A DNA stretch of 43,733 nt, taken from the NCBI GenBank assembly GCA_041486185.1, contig JBGPKX010000001.1, positions 1 to 43,733 on the forward strand. Direction: 5' to 3'. Of this stretch, positions 1 through 10,433 are shown piece after piece. The stretch's first letter is position 1, and each line of letters begins with the position of its first letter. The notes under the pieces were generated by a model. It was not told where the DNA came from and did no database searches. It saw nothing but the letters and a program-made list of their open reading frames with translations. Made by a program: the position numbers and the translations under genes. This stretch comes from Bryobacteraceae bacterium. Lineage in GTDB: Bacteria; Acidobacteriota; Terriglobia; Bryobacterales; Bryobacteraceae.

Positions 1-1431
1 AGCGGCCGCGCGATTCTCGGCACCCTCGAATCAGAACGGCTCACGCTGGAAGAACTGCACCGATTTCCGAACACGCCGGTGCGCGTTCTTTCTTCTCTCT
101 ACTGGGACACGCCGCGGCTTTGGCACGAAATTCAGCAGGGCATGGCCATCGCCGGCCGGGAAAGGCAGCTGAGGCTGGATGGCATCGGCGTCGACACCTG
201 GGGCGTGGATTTTGCACTGTTGGGGGCGGATGGCGCATTGATAGAGAATCCCCGCCACTATCGCGACGCGCGCACCAACGGCATGCTGGAAGCAGCGTTC
301 AAAGTCGTCCCGCGTGAGGAAATCTTCGCACAAACAGGCATCCAGCTGATGCAGATCAATACGCTCTATCAGCTTTACGCGATGCGGCTGGCGGGATCGC
401 CGGCGCTGGCAAGCGCACGCACGCTGCTCATGATGCCGGACCTGTTCAGCTATTGGCTCACGGGCGTCGCGAAATCCGAGGCAACCATTGCCAGCACATC
501 GCAAATTTTCAATCCGTGCATTGGCGGTTGGGCAACGGAGCTTCTTGACCGGCTCGATTTGCCGAAAGGTATCCTGCCTGAAATTGTGCAACCCGGAACA
601 AGGTTGGGCTCACTATTGCCGGCGGTCGCCGATGCCAGCGGACTTGGCGAAACATCCGTGTACGCTACTGGCTGCCACGATACGGCCTCGGCGGTGGCGG
701 CGGTTCCCGCGGATGGCGATAGCTGGTGCTACATCAGTTCCGGGACGTGGTCGCTGATGGGAGTGGAGCTTGACGCGCCGGTGATCGATGGGCGGTCCCT
801 CGGCCTCAACCTCACGAATGAAATGGGCGCTGGCGGCAAGACGCGGTTGTTAAGAAATATCGCGGGCCTGTGGCTGCTTCAGGAATGCCGGCGTTCCTGG
901 ACGTCGACGGGTTGTGAGTACAGCTACGAAGGCCTGGCCACTATGGCCGCCGCTGCGCCACCGTTTTCATGGGTTATCGATCCTGATGCGTTTCTGGAGC
1001 CGGGCGACATGCCAGAGAAAATTCGCGCGTATTGCGAATCGACCGGGCAGCGGCCACCAGATTCAGCCGCAGCCATCGCGCGTACGATTTTCGAAAGCCT
1101 TGCGCTGCGCTACCGGGAGGTTCTCGAGAGCTTGGAAACGCTGCTCGGCAGGAAGCTCGAAACCATTCATATTGTGGGCGGAGGGTCGCGTAATCGCGTG
1201 CTGAACCAGTTTGTCGCCGATGCTACGGGCCGCATGGTGATCGCGGGGCCGTCGGAGGCTACGGCGATGGGCAATATTCTGATTCAGGCGATGGGCGCAG
1301 GCCAACTCGCCGGGCTGGCTGAAGTGCGGAGAATCGTGCGGAGGTCGGTTGGGCTCGAAACGTTCATACCGAACGCGTCGGCTGAGTGGGAGCGCGCTTA
1401 CGACAGGTTTCGAGAAATTACGCGGCGATAG
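1..1431 (+). CDS. rhaB: rhamnulokinase (FGGY carbohydrate kinase family), 5' end cut by window edge
   Basis: Frame 1 is open from nt 1: SGRAILGTLESERLTLEELHRFPNTPV precedes the GTG at 79 listed in the ORF track. It carries the FGGY N-domain motif GIGVDTWGVDFALLG and the C-domain motif IHIVGGGSRNRVLNQFVADATG. Length and motifs fit rhamnulokinase-type kinases. Confidence 0.8.
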   Translation, partial: SGRAILGTLESERLTLEELHRFPNTPVRVLSSLYWDTPRLWHEIQQGMAIAGRERQLRLDGIGVDTWGVDFALLGADGALIENPRHYRDARTNGMLEAAFKVVPREEIFAQTGIQLMQINTLYQLYAMRLAGSPALASARTLLMMPDLFSYWLTGVAKSEATIASTSQIFNPCIGGWATELLDRLDLPKGILPEIVQPGTRLGSLLPAVADASGLGETSVYATGCHDTASAVAAVPADGDSWCYISSGTWSLMGVELDAPVIDGRSLGLNLTNEMGAGGKTRLLRNIAGLWLLQECRRSWTSTGCEYSYEGLATMAAAAPPFSWVIDPDAFLEPGDMPEKIRAYCESTGQRPPDSAAAIARTIFESLALRYREVLESLETLLGRKLETIHIVGGGSRNRVLNQFVADATGRMVIAGPSEATAMGNILIQAMGAGQLAGLAEVRRIVRRSVGLETFIPNASAEWERAYDRFREITRR

Positions 1432-1465
1432 GTGGCCTGGCGCACTACTTCTTGAGTGAAAACAC

Positions 1466-1487
1466 GCACAGGCAGGAATGCCTGTGC
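1466..1487. terminator. hairpin between convergent rhaB and SDR genes (candidate bidirectional terminator)
   Basis: GCACAGGCA-ggaa-TGCCTGTGC forms a perfect 9-bp GC-rich stem with a 4-nt loop. It lies in the 60-nt gap between the stops at 1431 (+) and 1492 (-). There is no clear U-tract. Confidence 0.45.
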
Positions 1488-1491
1488 CACC

Positions 1492-2256
1492 TTACTTCCC
1501 CGTATATCCTCCGTCCACCATCAAGTGCGTGCCGGTAATAAAGCTGGACTCGTCCGACGCGAGGAACAAGGCGGCGTTGGCGACTTCACGCGGCTCACCC
1601 AGGCGATTGAGCATGTGTAGAGGAGCCACGCGATCGCGCCACTGCTCAAAGGTGAGACCCAGGCGTTCGATCTCGCGGTAGGATGCGCTGGTGAGGATGC
1701 AACCGGGGCAGATACTATTGACCCGAATTTTGTACGGGGCGAAATCGAGCGCCATGCACTTGGTCATGGTGAGCACGGCGCCTTTGCTCGCGTTGTAGGT
1801 GGCGAAGTCCGGCTGCGCGATGATGCCGCTCATGGATGCCATGTTGACGATCGCCCCTCCGCCTCTGGAGCGCATATGCGGGATAGCGTGTTTGGAAACG
1901 AGCGCGGTGCCGATCACGTTTACACCCAGCACCTTCTGCCAGTCCGCGACTTCCGCCTGCTCCACGTTCTTCTGTGTAAAGTCGGCGGCGTTGTTGATGA
2001 GAATGTCGATTCCGCCAAAGGTCGCGACCGCCGTCTCGGAGATCTTGCGGGCGCCCGCCTCTTGCGAAATGTCAGCAACCGCAAGAACCGCCTCGGCGCC
2101 CAGGTCCTTCACTTTCTTCAGGGTTGATTCTCCGGCGCGCTGGCTAATGTCATTGAGAACCAGCTTGGCGCCCTCTTCGGCAAAACGAATGGCGATGGCC
2201 TCTCCGATGCCCGCACCCACGCCGGTGATGATGGCAACCTTGTTGGCAAGCCGCAT
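1492..2256 (-). CDS. SDR family oxidoreductase (FabG-like short-chain dehydrogenase)
   Basis: Carries the N-terminal TGxxxGIG motif (ITGVGAGIGEAIA), the NNAA motif and the catalytic YNASK (YxxxK). At 254 aa it has classic SDR length. Confidence 0.85.
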   Translation of the reverse strand: MRLANKVAIITGVGAGIGEAIAIRFAEEGAKLVLNDISQRAGESTLKKVKDLGAEAVLAVADISQEAGARKISETAVATFGGIDILINNAADFTQKNVEQAEVADWQKVLGVNVIGTALVSKHAIPHMRSRGGGAIVNMASMSGIIAQPDFATYNASKGAVLTMTKCMALDFAPYKIRVNSICPGCILTSASYREIERLGLTFEQWRDRVAPLHMLNRLGEPREVANAALFLASDESSFITGTHLMVDGGYTGK

Positions 2257-2273
2257 GTGCCGCAGATACCGGG

Positions 2274-2894
2274 CTACTTAGAGACAGGCACGGGAGTAAG
2301 GTCGCGGCTGGTCACGACTTTGTCGATCATGCCGTACTCCACGCCCTGCTCCGCGCTCATGATGTAGTCACGATCCACGTCGCGCGCGATACGCTCGACC
2401 GGTTGCCCGGTAAATTCGGCCAGGATTTGGTTCAGCGTCTCGCGCATGCGCAGGATTTCCTTGGCGTAGATGTCGATGTCGGCTGCCTGGCCCGCCAGTC
2501 CGTGCATGGATGGCTGATGAATCATGATCCGCGAATTGGGCAGGCTGAAGCGCTTGCCCTTGCTGCCGGCCGCCAGCAGGACCGCCGCCATGGACGCGGC
2601 TTGGCCCACGCAGAACGTTACGATGTCCGGACGCACGAATCGCATGGTGTCCAGGATCGCCAGACCGGCCGTGATGGAACCGCCGGGCGAATTGATATAG
2701 ATCGAGATGTCCCGCTCGGGGTCTTCAGCCTCAAGAAACAACAATTGCGCGATGATTAGATTCGAAACCGCATCATCAATCGGCGTACCCAAGAATATGA
2801 TGTTTTCTTTTAGCAGGCGTGAATAGATATCGTATGCACGCTCACCTCTGGAAGTCTGCTCGACTACCATGGGAACCAGAACGGACTCACCCAT
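2274..2894 (-). CDS. clpP: ATP-dependent Clp protease proteolytic subunit
   Basis: The ORF-track entry 2274..3086 is trimmed to the ATG at 2894 ([28 protein letters not shown]), which is preceded by an AAGGAG Shine-Dalgarno. The catalytic triad context is present: GQAASMAA (Ser), IMIHQP (His), DRDYIMSA (Asp). Confidence 0.93.
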   Translation of the reverse strand: MGESVLVPMVVEQTSRGERAYDIYSRLLKENIIFLGTPIDDAVSNLIIAQLLFLEAEDPERDISIYINSPGGSITAGLAILDTMRFVRPDIVTFCVGQAASMAAVLLAAGSKGKRFSLPNSRIMIHQPSMHGLAGQAADIDIYAKEILRMRETLNQILAEFTGQPVERIARDVDRDYIMSAEQGVEYGMIDKVVTSRDLTPVPVSK

Positions 2895-2932
2895 CTGATG
2901 GCTCTCCTTAGCTTTTTTGAAAAGACTTAGTT

Positions 2933-3397
2933 CTATTTCTTGACCGGGGCGCGTTTGGTCCGGCGTTGTTTGTCGAGCATTCGCCGCTTCTGATCGAGCG
3001 CCTTCGCCAGATCCGCAATAGTATTCCGCCCCAAATAATCCATGATACGCGAACGCAGCGTTTTCCACGAATCGTGCAGCGGGCATGGCATATCATCGGA
3101 GCACTCGGCCAAGCCGCTGGCGCACTTCTCGTAGTCCGCGAGACCGTCGAGCGCCTCGACAATATCCAGCATCCGTATCTCCTCGGCTGGAACACGCAGC
3201 GAAAATCCTCCCGTCGGCCCCTTGCTGGAGCGCAGCAAGCCCTTGCGGGCGAGCTGCTGCAGGATCTTAGCGAGGAAGTGGGCCGGAATCTCCTCTTCGG
3301 CGGCAATCTGTTTCACCATCGCGTATTTCCCATCGGGAACCTGCGCCAAGTGTACGGAAGCACGGATGGCGTATTCAGCAGAGCGGGAATAAAGCAT
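2933..3397 (-). CDS. Rrf2 family transcriptional regulator (IscR/NsrR-like, putative Fe-S binding)
   Basis: N-terminal winged-helix signature: [13 protein letters not shown]...[31 protein letters not shown]. The C-terminal ligand cluster is C-x6-C-x5-C-x2-H ([17 protein letters not shown]). Confidence 0.88.
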   Translation of the reverse strand: MLYSRSAEYAIRASVHLAQVPDGKYAMVKQIAAEEEIPAHFLAKILQQLARKGLLRSSKGPTGGFSLRVPAEEIRMLDIVEALDGLADYEKCASGLAECSDDMPCPLHDSWKTLRSRIMDYLGRNTIADLAKALDQKRRMLDKQRRTKRAPVKK

Positions 3398-3408
3398 GAG
3401 CGGGTACC

Positions 3409-3418
3409 TGAAGCTTCA
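3409..3418. promoter_or_regulatory. 10-bp perfect palindrome TGAAGCTTCA next to a TAGAAT -10-like hexamer, 12-21 nt upstream of the Rrf2 start
   Basis: The minus strand reads ggggTAGAATGAAGCTTCAggtacccgctcATG. The palindrome overlaps the -10-like element by one base (minus-strand TAGAAT = 3423..3418). This is the placement expected for an autoregulatory operator. Confidence 0.3.
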
Positions 3419-3440
3419 TTCTACCCCGTGGGCGGCGGAG

Positions 3441-4268
3441 TCAGCCGACTTTTGCCGGGCATCCTTGCGTGGCCCGACGCAGATAAGCCGGTGGAATCAG
3501 CAGCGTCACTGCGTCGGGCACGAGACCGATTGACGCAGGCAGACGGCCGGCGTACTCGCCATCCACCTGGATGTAGACACGCGGGTCGGCCGGATGAAAC
3601 ATACGGACGTTGCGGGCCATGGTGAACGAAACTCCTCCCATACCCGCCAGCCGGCCGCTGATCATGCCTAACACGTACTTGAGGTAGGGCAGAGAAGATC
3701 GGCCGCGGAAGACGACCACTTCGAACCGCTCATCGAGCAGGCTGGCGCGGTGTGCGATTTCGAAATCGCCGCCATAGTTGCGCACCCGGCTGACGAGCGC
3801 AAACGAGCACATCTCACGTGTTCCGCCGTCGATCTCTATTTCGAACTCCGGGAATCGCCTGAACGCCTGGCCAAGACCACTGATCCAGTAGGCGCCTTTG
3901 CCCAGGCGGCTTTTCAGGCGCGCGTTGAGATTGTAAACGATATGCGCGTCAAAGCCTATGCCCGCCATGGAAAGGAAGTGCCGAGGTCCGGAGCCGCAGT
4001 CGAGCCGCCCGATGGCAATGCGGCGGGCGATGTACTGCGGGATCAATTTGGCGGTCCGTTCGAGATTACGCCCCAATCCAAGTTCGGTGGCGAGGACGTT
4101 GGCTGTGCCAGCGGGCAGGACGCCCAGGGGAACGGAGGAGTTGACCATTCCATCCAAGGCTTCGTTGATGGTACCGTCGCCACCGGCGGCCAGGATCAAC
4201 TCCGCTCCCTGCTCGATGGCCGTGCGAGCGATCTCTCCGGCAGTACCCGGCCCGGTTGTGGGTATCAT
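3441..4268 (-). CDS. diacylglycerol/lipid kinase family protein (DAGK catalytic domain, YegS/BmrU-like); true start probably upstream of the listed ATG
   Basis: Contains GGDGTINEAL and LPAGTANVLA motifs. The 46 in-frame codons upstream (4269..4406) are stop-free and encode the family's conserved N-terminal strand ALIYNPVAGRLRGKGG. They contain no ATG, GTG or TTG. Confidence 0.8.
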   Translation of the reverse strand: MIPTTGPGTAGEIARTAIEQGAELILAAGGDGTINEALDGMVNSSVPLGVLPAGTANVLATELGLGRNLERTAKLIPQYIARRIAIGRLDCGSGPRHFLSMAGIGFDAHIVYNLNARLKSRLGKGAYWISGLGQAFRRFPEFEIEIDGGTREMCSFALVSRVRNYGGDFEIAHRASLLDERFEVVVFRGRSSLPYLKYVLGMISGRLAGMGGVSFTMARNVRMFHPADPRVYIQVDGEYAGRLPASIGLVPDAVTLLIPPAYLRRATQGCPAKVG

Positions 4269-4414
4269 CGAGATGACGTAGCCGGCGTCGGCGAGGATTT
4301 TGGCCGCGCGTTCCAGCCGGTGGCCACCCTTTCCGCGAAGCCGTCCCGCAACGGGGTTGTAGATTAGAGCTGTGGGATGAGTGCTGATAGGGGAACTCGT
4401 GGCGCGCTAGTCAG

Positions 4415-4430
4415 AGGCGCATATGCGCCT
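4415..4430. promoter_or_regulatory. 16-bp perfect palindrome AGGCGCATATGCGCCT in the divergent lipid-kinase/ligA intergenic region
   Basis: The sequence is its own reverse complement. It occupies the -35 position relative to the plus-strand TATAAT at 4444..4449. It would also fall in the 5' leader of a minus-strand transcript. Confidence 0.4.
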
Positions 4431-4440
4431 TTGCTCGGAT

Positions 4441-6455
<2,015 letters not shown>

Positions 6456-6562
6456 TCCTGCGCCGTGTCCGGCCACTCGGATCTACCGCTCAGCCACTTC
6501 CCCTGTGAAGAAAACCCCCGTTGCTTGGGAACCCAACGGCACGTTGCGCCGTAGGAAAAGCT

Positions 6563-7168
6563 ATGAAACTCGTGCTGATTTGGTTGATGGCATCGACCGG
6601 GGCATTTGCGCAACTGGCCTACGGAGTAAAGGGCGGCGCTCCTCTTACCGATTTCTACCACGCTGTAGATAACCCGGGCGCCACGTTCCGGTCCAGTGCC
6701 ACGCCCTTCATTCTTGGGCCGACCATCGAGGTGCATTTTCCGGCGGGCTTCGGAGTGGAGTTCGACGCACTCTATCGGAGGTTCCACTACGATGCTTCAA
6801 GCAACCTCGTTGATGTGATCGTGAATGGCACGGCTGCAAACGCCTGGGAGTTTCCACTGCTCGTGAAATACAAGACTCCTGGGGTGATCCTCAGGCCTTT
6901 CCTTGACGCCGGTTTTGCGTTCGATCACTGGAGCGGGTTCAAGCAGATCGTGCAGATTCCCAACTCTCTGGGATCGACCAAGACGAACGCATCGGGAATA
7001 AACAAGGGTGTGGTGCTGGGCGCCGGAGTGGAACTCAATTTGCGTCTAGTTCGGCTTTCACCCGAAATCCGTTTCACGCACTGGGGTGCGGCGAATCTGG
7101 ATGATTTGGGCGGCGTGCTGCGGTCGGGACAGAATCAGGCCGAGTTCCTCATCGGACTGACGTTCTAA
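6563..7168 (+). CDS. outer membrane beta-barrel protein (small OmpW/OmpX-like porin family)
   Basis: Trimmed to the ATG at 6563, which gives a signal peptide MKLVLIWLMASTGAFA-Q. The sequence shows an alternating amphipathic strand pattern and ends in the OMP beta-signal LIGLTF with a terminal Phe. Confidence 0.7.
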   Translation: MKLVLIWLMASTGAFAQLAYGVKGGAPLTDFYHAVDNPGATFRSSATPFILGPTIEVHFPAGFGVEFDALYRRFHYDASSNLVDVIVNGTAANAWEFPLLVKYKTPGVILRPFLDAGFAFDHWSGFKQIVQIPNSLGSTKTNASGINKGVVLGAGVELNLRLVRLSPEIRFTHWGAANLDDLGGVLRSGQNQAEFLIGLTF

Positions 7169-8103
7169 TGCGTTGCGGCGGCGATGTGGAGCTTCTCTAC
7201 GTCGGCGGCCTCACCGAACTTGATCCCCTGTAACGCAGGATCGATACTGCGCAGCAGTCCGGTCAGCACGCCGCCGGGCCCGACTTCGAAGAAGCGGTCG
7301 ACGCCTTGTGTCGCGAGATAGCGGATGGACTCCTCCCATCGCACCGTGCTTGGAATTTGTTCGATGAGGCCGCGGCGGGCCTCCGTGCCTGTGCGTACTT
7401 CCTGCGCCTGCCAGTTATTGATGAGAGGCCAGTCGAGATCGTCGAATGGGATGGCAGCAAGCTCCGCCGCCATGCGGGCCTGAGCCGGTTTCATCAGAGA
7501 GCAGTGGAAGGGAGCACTGACGGACAGTGGCACCGCGCGCCGCGCACCGGCTGCCTTGGCAAGCTCCATGGCTCGGTTCACCGCCCCGGCGTGTCCGGCA
7601 ATCACCACTTGATCGGGCGCGTTCAGATTTGCCGCGCTGACGACTTCGCCTTGAGCGGCTTGCTGCAAAATCTCGTCGAGCCGGCCCGCGGGAAGCTTGA
7701 GCAGCGCGGCCATGGCGCCTTGTCCCGGCGGAACAGCCTCCTGCATAACGCGGCCCCGCTTTCGAACCAGGCGTAACGCGTCGGTGAACCGCAATGATCC
7801 AGCCGCTACCAGCGCGGAGTATTCCCCGAGGCTATGGCCTGCAACGTAGTCGGGACGCACTCCCTGTTCACGCAGCACCGTGAACGCGGCAATAGATACG
7901 GTGAGAAGAGCGGGTTGCGTGTTTTCAGTGAGTTTCAATTCTTCTTCACTGCCCTCGATACAAAGCCGCGCTATCGCGAACCCCAGCGCTTGATCGGCCG
8001 TTTCGAAAACCAGCCGCGCCGCCGGATATGCTTCCGCGAGTGTCCGGCCCATGCCCACGTACTGCGAACCTTGCCCCGGAAACAAGAATGCTGTTTTGCC
8101 CAT
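7165..8103 (-). CDS. fabD: malonyl-CoA:ACP transacylase
   Basis: Trimmed from 8526 to the ATG at 8103 (MGKTAFLFPGQGSQYVGMG). The active-site motif GHSLGEYSALV is present. The stop codon overlaps the stop of the convergent OMP gene by 3 nt. Confidence 0.93.
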   Translation of the reverse strand: MGKTAFLFPGQGSQYVGMGRTLAEAYPAARLVFETADQALGFAIARLCIEGSEEELKLTENTQPALLTVSIAAFTVLREQGVRPDYVAGHSLGEYSALVAAGSLRFTDALRLVRKRGRVMQEAVPPGQGAMAALLKLPAGRLDEILQQAAQGEVVSAANLNAPDQVVIAGHAGAVNRAMELAKAAGARRAVPLSVSAPFHCSLMKPAQARMAAELAAIPFDDLDWPLINNWQAQEVRTGTEARRGLIEQIPSTVRWEESIRYLATQGVDRFFEVGPGGVLTGLLRSIDPALQGIKFGEAADVEKLHIAAATH

Positions 8104-8127
8104 TGGATGAGATTGTATGATGGACAG

Positions 8128-9366
8128 ATGAGTTCCGCTACCTCGACCCCCGGTAGTGCCCCCGATGTCTCCGACGCCCAGCAGGTGATGGACCTGGAGC
8201 GCGAGTTCCTCCTTCAAAACTACGCGCGCTATCCGTTGGTTCTCGACCGCGGCGAAGGCTGCTACGTCTACGACGTGGATGGCAAATGTTATCTGGATTT
8301 CATTGCCGGAATCGGCGTCAACGCGCTGGGCCACGCGCACCCCCGCATCGTGGACGTGATCCGCGAGCAGGCCGGCCTGCTGATCCACTCCTCGAACCTC
8401 TACTATCACCGCTTTCAGGGAGCACTGGCAAAAAAGCTGGCCGAGGTGAGCGGGCTGCAGCGCTCGTTTTTCGCCAACAGCGGGACCGAAGCCATGGAAG
8501 GCGCGCTCAAGATGGTGCGTGCCCATGGCACCAAGATCAGCGCCGAAAAATTCGAGATTCTCGCGCTCGAAAACTCATTTCATGGCAGGACTCTGGGCGC
8601 GCTCTCTGTCACCGGCCAGCCGAAGTACCGCCACGACTTCGAACCGCTGCTACCGGGCGTGAAATTTCTACCGCCGAACGATTTGGCGGCACTCGAGCAG
8701 GCATTCAGCCAGCGCACAGCGGGCATCGTGATCGAGTGGATTCAGGGCGAGGGCGGCATCTTTCCGATTTCCGATGAATATGGCCGAAAAGCACGCGAGC
8801 TGGCGGACCGCTACAACGCGCTTCTGATTTTCGACGAGATTCAGTGCGGGGTGGGACGACCGGGCACGTGGTTCGGTTATCAGCTGGCCAATCCGGTAGT
8901 GCTGCCGGACGTCATGGTTGCGGCGAAGCCGCTGGCTTGCGGACTGCCGCTTGGCGTAATCGTGGCCAATGAAAAAGCCGCGGAAGCCATCGGCCCAGGG
9001 ATGCATGGCTCCACCTTTGGAGGAAGCGCACTGGCGTGCCGGGTCGCGCTGGAATTCTTCGACATTCTGGATGAACTCATGCCATCGATACGCCGCGTCG
9101 GCGATTACTTTCGCGGGCGTCTTGAAGACCTGGCGCGCAAGTACCCGTTCCTGCGCGAGGTGCGGGGCCGGGGCCTGATGGTCGGCGTGGATATGAGCGT
9201 GCCGGGCAAACAAATGGTGCTGGATGCCCAAGCTCGGGGCCTGCTGATCAACTGCACACACGATACCGTGCTGCGATTCCTGCCGCCCTACATCGTTACA
9301 GAAAAGGAAGTGGACGCGGCTATCAAAATACTGGAGAGCATCTTCGCCGCGCAGCCGTCACAGTAA
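8128..9366 (+). CDS. argD: acetylornithine/class-III aminotransferase
   Basis: Trimmed from 7834 to the ATG at 8128; ATGs at 8107 and 8188 are alternatives. Shows the YPLVLDRGEGCYVYDVDGKCYLDF signature, the LIFDEIQCGVGRPG motif and a PLP-lysine context (VMVAAKPLACG). Confidence 0.88.
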   Translation: MSSATSTPGSAPDVSDAQQVMDLEREFLLQNYARYPLVLDRGEGCYVYDVDGKCYLDFIAGIGVNALGHAHPRIVDVIREQAGLLIHSSNLYYHRFQGALAKKLAEVSGLQRSFFANSGTEAMEGALKMVRAHGTKISAEKFEILALENSFHGRTLGALSVTGQPKYRHDFEPLLPGVKFLPPNDLAALEQAFSQRTAGIVIEWIQGEGGIFPISDEYGRKARELADRYNALLIFDEIQCGVGRPGTWFGYQLANPVVLPDVMVAAKPLACGLPLGVIVANEKAAEAIGPGMHGSTFGGSALACRVALEFFDILDELMPSIRRVGDYFRGRLEDLARKYPFLREVRGRGLMVGVDMSVPGKQMVLDAQARGLLINCTHDTVLRFLPPYIVTEKEVDAAIKILESIFAAQPSQ

Positions 9367-10431
9367 ATCTTCACGTTTGTTCTTTTCCAGCAACTTTACG
9401 ATGTCGCCAACCTGCTGTGCCCGATTGCGGTCCGCAATCAAGAGCGCATCGGGAGTGTCGACCACAATGAGGTTGTTGGCGCCCAGTAGGGCCACCAGCT
9501 TCTTTCCGGCGTCAATGTAATTCCCGCGGCTGTCCGCCGAGACGATGAGAGATCGCGCTGCATTGCCGTCGCGGTCTCGTGGCAATAACTCGTATACCGC
9601 GTTCCAGCTTCCAACATCGTTCCACCCGATGTCATCGCAAGCCAGTCCTTCAACGTTTGCTACGCGCTCGAGCACGGCATAATCGACGGAGATGTTTTCA
9701 CAGAGCGGAAAGGTTTGGTTGAGCGCTGAAGTGAAACTCTTGTCGGAGAAACGGGGCAGGGAAGCGAGCAGCGTCGCGGTTTTGGGTAAGTAACGGCGAA
9801 GGGCTTCCAGCAGCACCTCAGCGCGCCAGAAAAACATGCCCGCGTTCCAGAAGAAGCGCTCGGCCGCAAGATATTTCCTGGCGGTGCGTGCGTCCGGCTT
9901 TTCGTGAAACTTCAACACGCGCACGGGATCGAGCGCGCCTGGCCGCGTACCACGTGGAAATTCAATGTAGCCGTAGCCGGTTTCCGCCCATCGCGGCGCA
10001 ATCCCCAGCACCACCATCTTGCCCTTGCTGGCCGCATGGAATGCCGCACGCGCAAGCTGCAGATAGCGTCTTGGCTTGCCAATCACATGGTCCGACGGAA
10101 AGACGCCCATTACCGCGTTGCGATCGAGTGAATGGAGGATGTGCGCCGCCAGGCCAATCGCGGGTGCGGTGTTTCGCTGCGCGGGCTCGGCCAGAATCTG
10201 CCGGCGCGGAATCGTAGGCAGTTGGCGCACAATCTCGTCGCGCAGAAGCTCATTGGTGAGCACCCACAGCCGCTCGGGAGGGATGAGCGGCGCCAGGCGG
10301 TCCACCGTTGACTGGATAAGCGAGCGTTCTCCTACAATCGAGAGCACCTGCTTGGCGCTACGGCGCCGGCTGCGCGGCCAGAACCGTGTGCCGCGGCCTC
10401 CGGCCAGGATCAGGCCGTAATAATTGGGCAT
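9358..10431 (-). CDS. mannose-1-phosphate guanylyltransferase (nucleotidyltransferase domain only)
   Basis: N-terminal GLILAGGRGTRFWPRS sugar-nucleotidyltransferase motif, with FHEKPD and FWNAGMFFW further on. At 357 aa it lacks an isomerase domain. It overlaps the argD 3' end by 9 nt (convergent). Confidence 0.85.
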   Translation of the reverse strand: MPNYYGLILAGGRGTRFWPRSRRRSAKQVLSIVGERSLIQSTVDRLAPLIPPERLWVLTNELLRDEIVRQLPTIPRRQILAEPAQRNTAPAIGLAAHILHSLDRNAVMGVFPSDHVIGKPRRYLQLARAAFHAASKGKMVVLGIAPRWAETGYGYIEFPRGTRPGALDPVRVLKFHEKPDARTARKYLAAERFFWNAGMFFWRAEVLLEALRRYLPKTATLLASLPRFSDKSFTSALNQTFPLCENISVDYAVLERVANVEGLACDDIGWNDVGSWNAVYELLPRDRDGNAARSLIVSADSRGNYIDAGKKLVALLGANNLIVVDTPDALLIADRNRAQQVGDIVKLLEKNKREDLL

Positions 10432-10433
10432 GG

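Noticed and set aside
2895-3086. N-terminal extensions of the ORF-track entries for clpP (to 3086), fabD (to 8526), argD (from 7834), the TPR protein (to 19687), the subunit-3 protein (from 31237) and the ABC ATPase (to 12905).
   Set aside because: The extensions overlap neighbouring genes and have non-protein-like composition. The internal starts reproduce canonical family N-termini, several of them with good Shine-Dalgarno sequences.
7165-7168. Overlapping convergent gene ends: OMP/fabD by 4 nt, argD/guanylyltransferase by 9 nt, the 542-aa gene/rnc by 9 nt, and subunit-3/tri-domain gene by 16 nt.
   Set aside because: These overlaps are real in the sequence, but they are a general compaction feature of this genome rather than a specific signal. 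They mainly explain why few terminator hairpins are visible.
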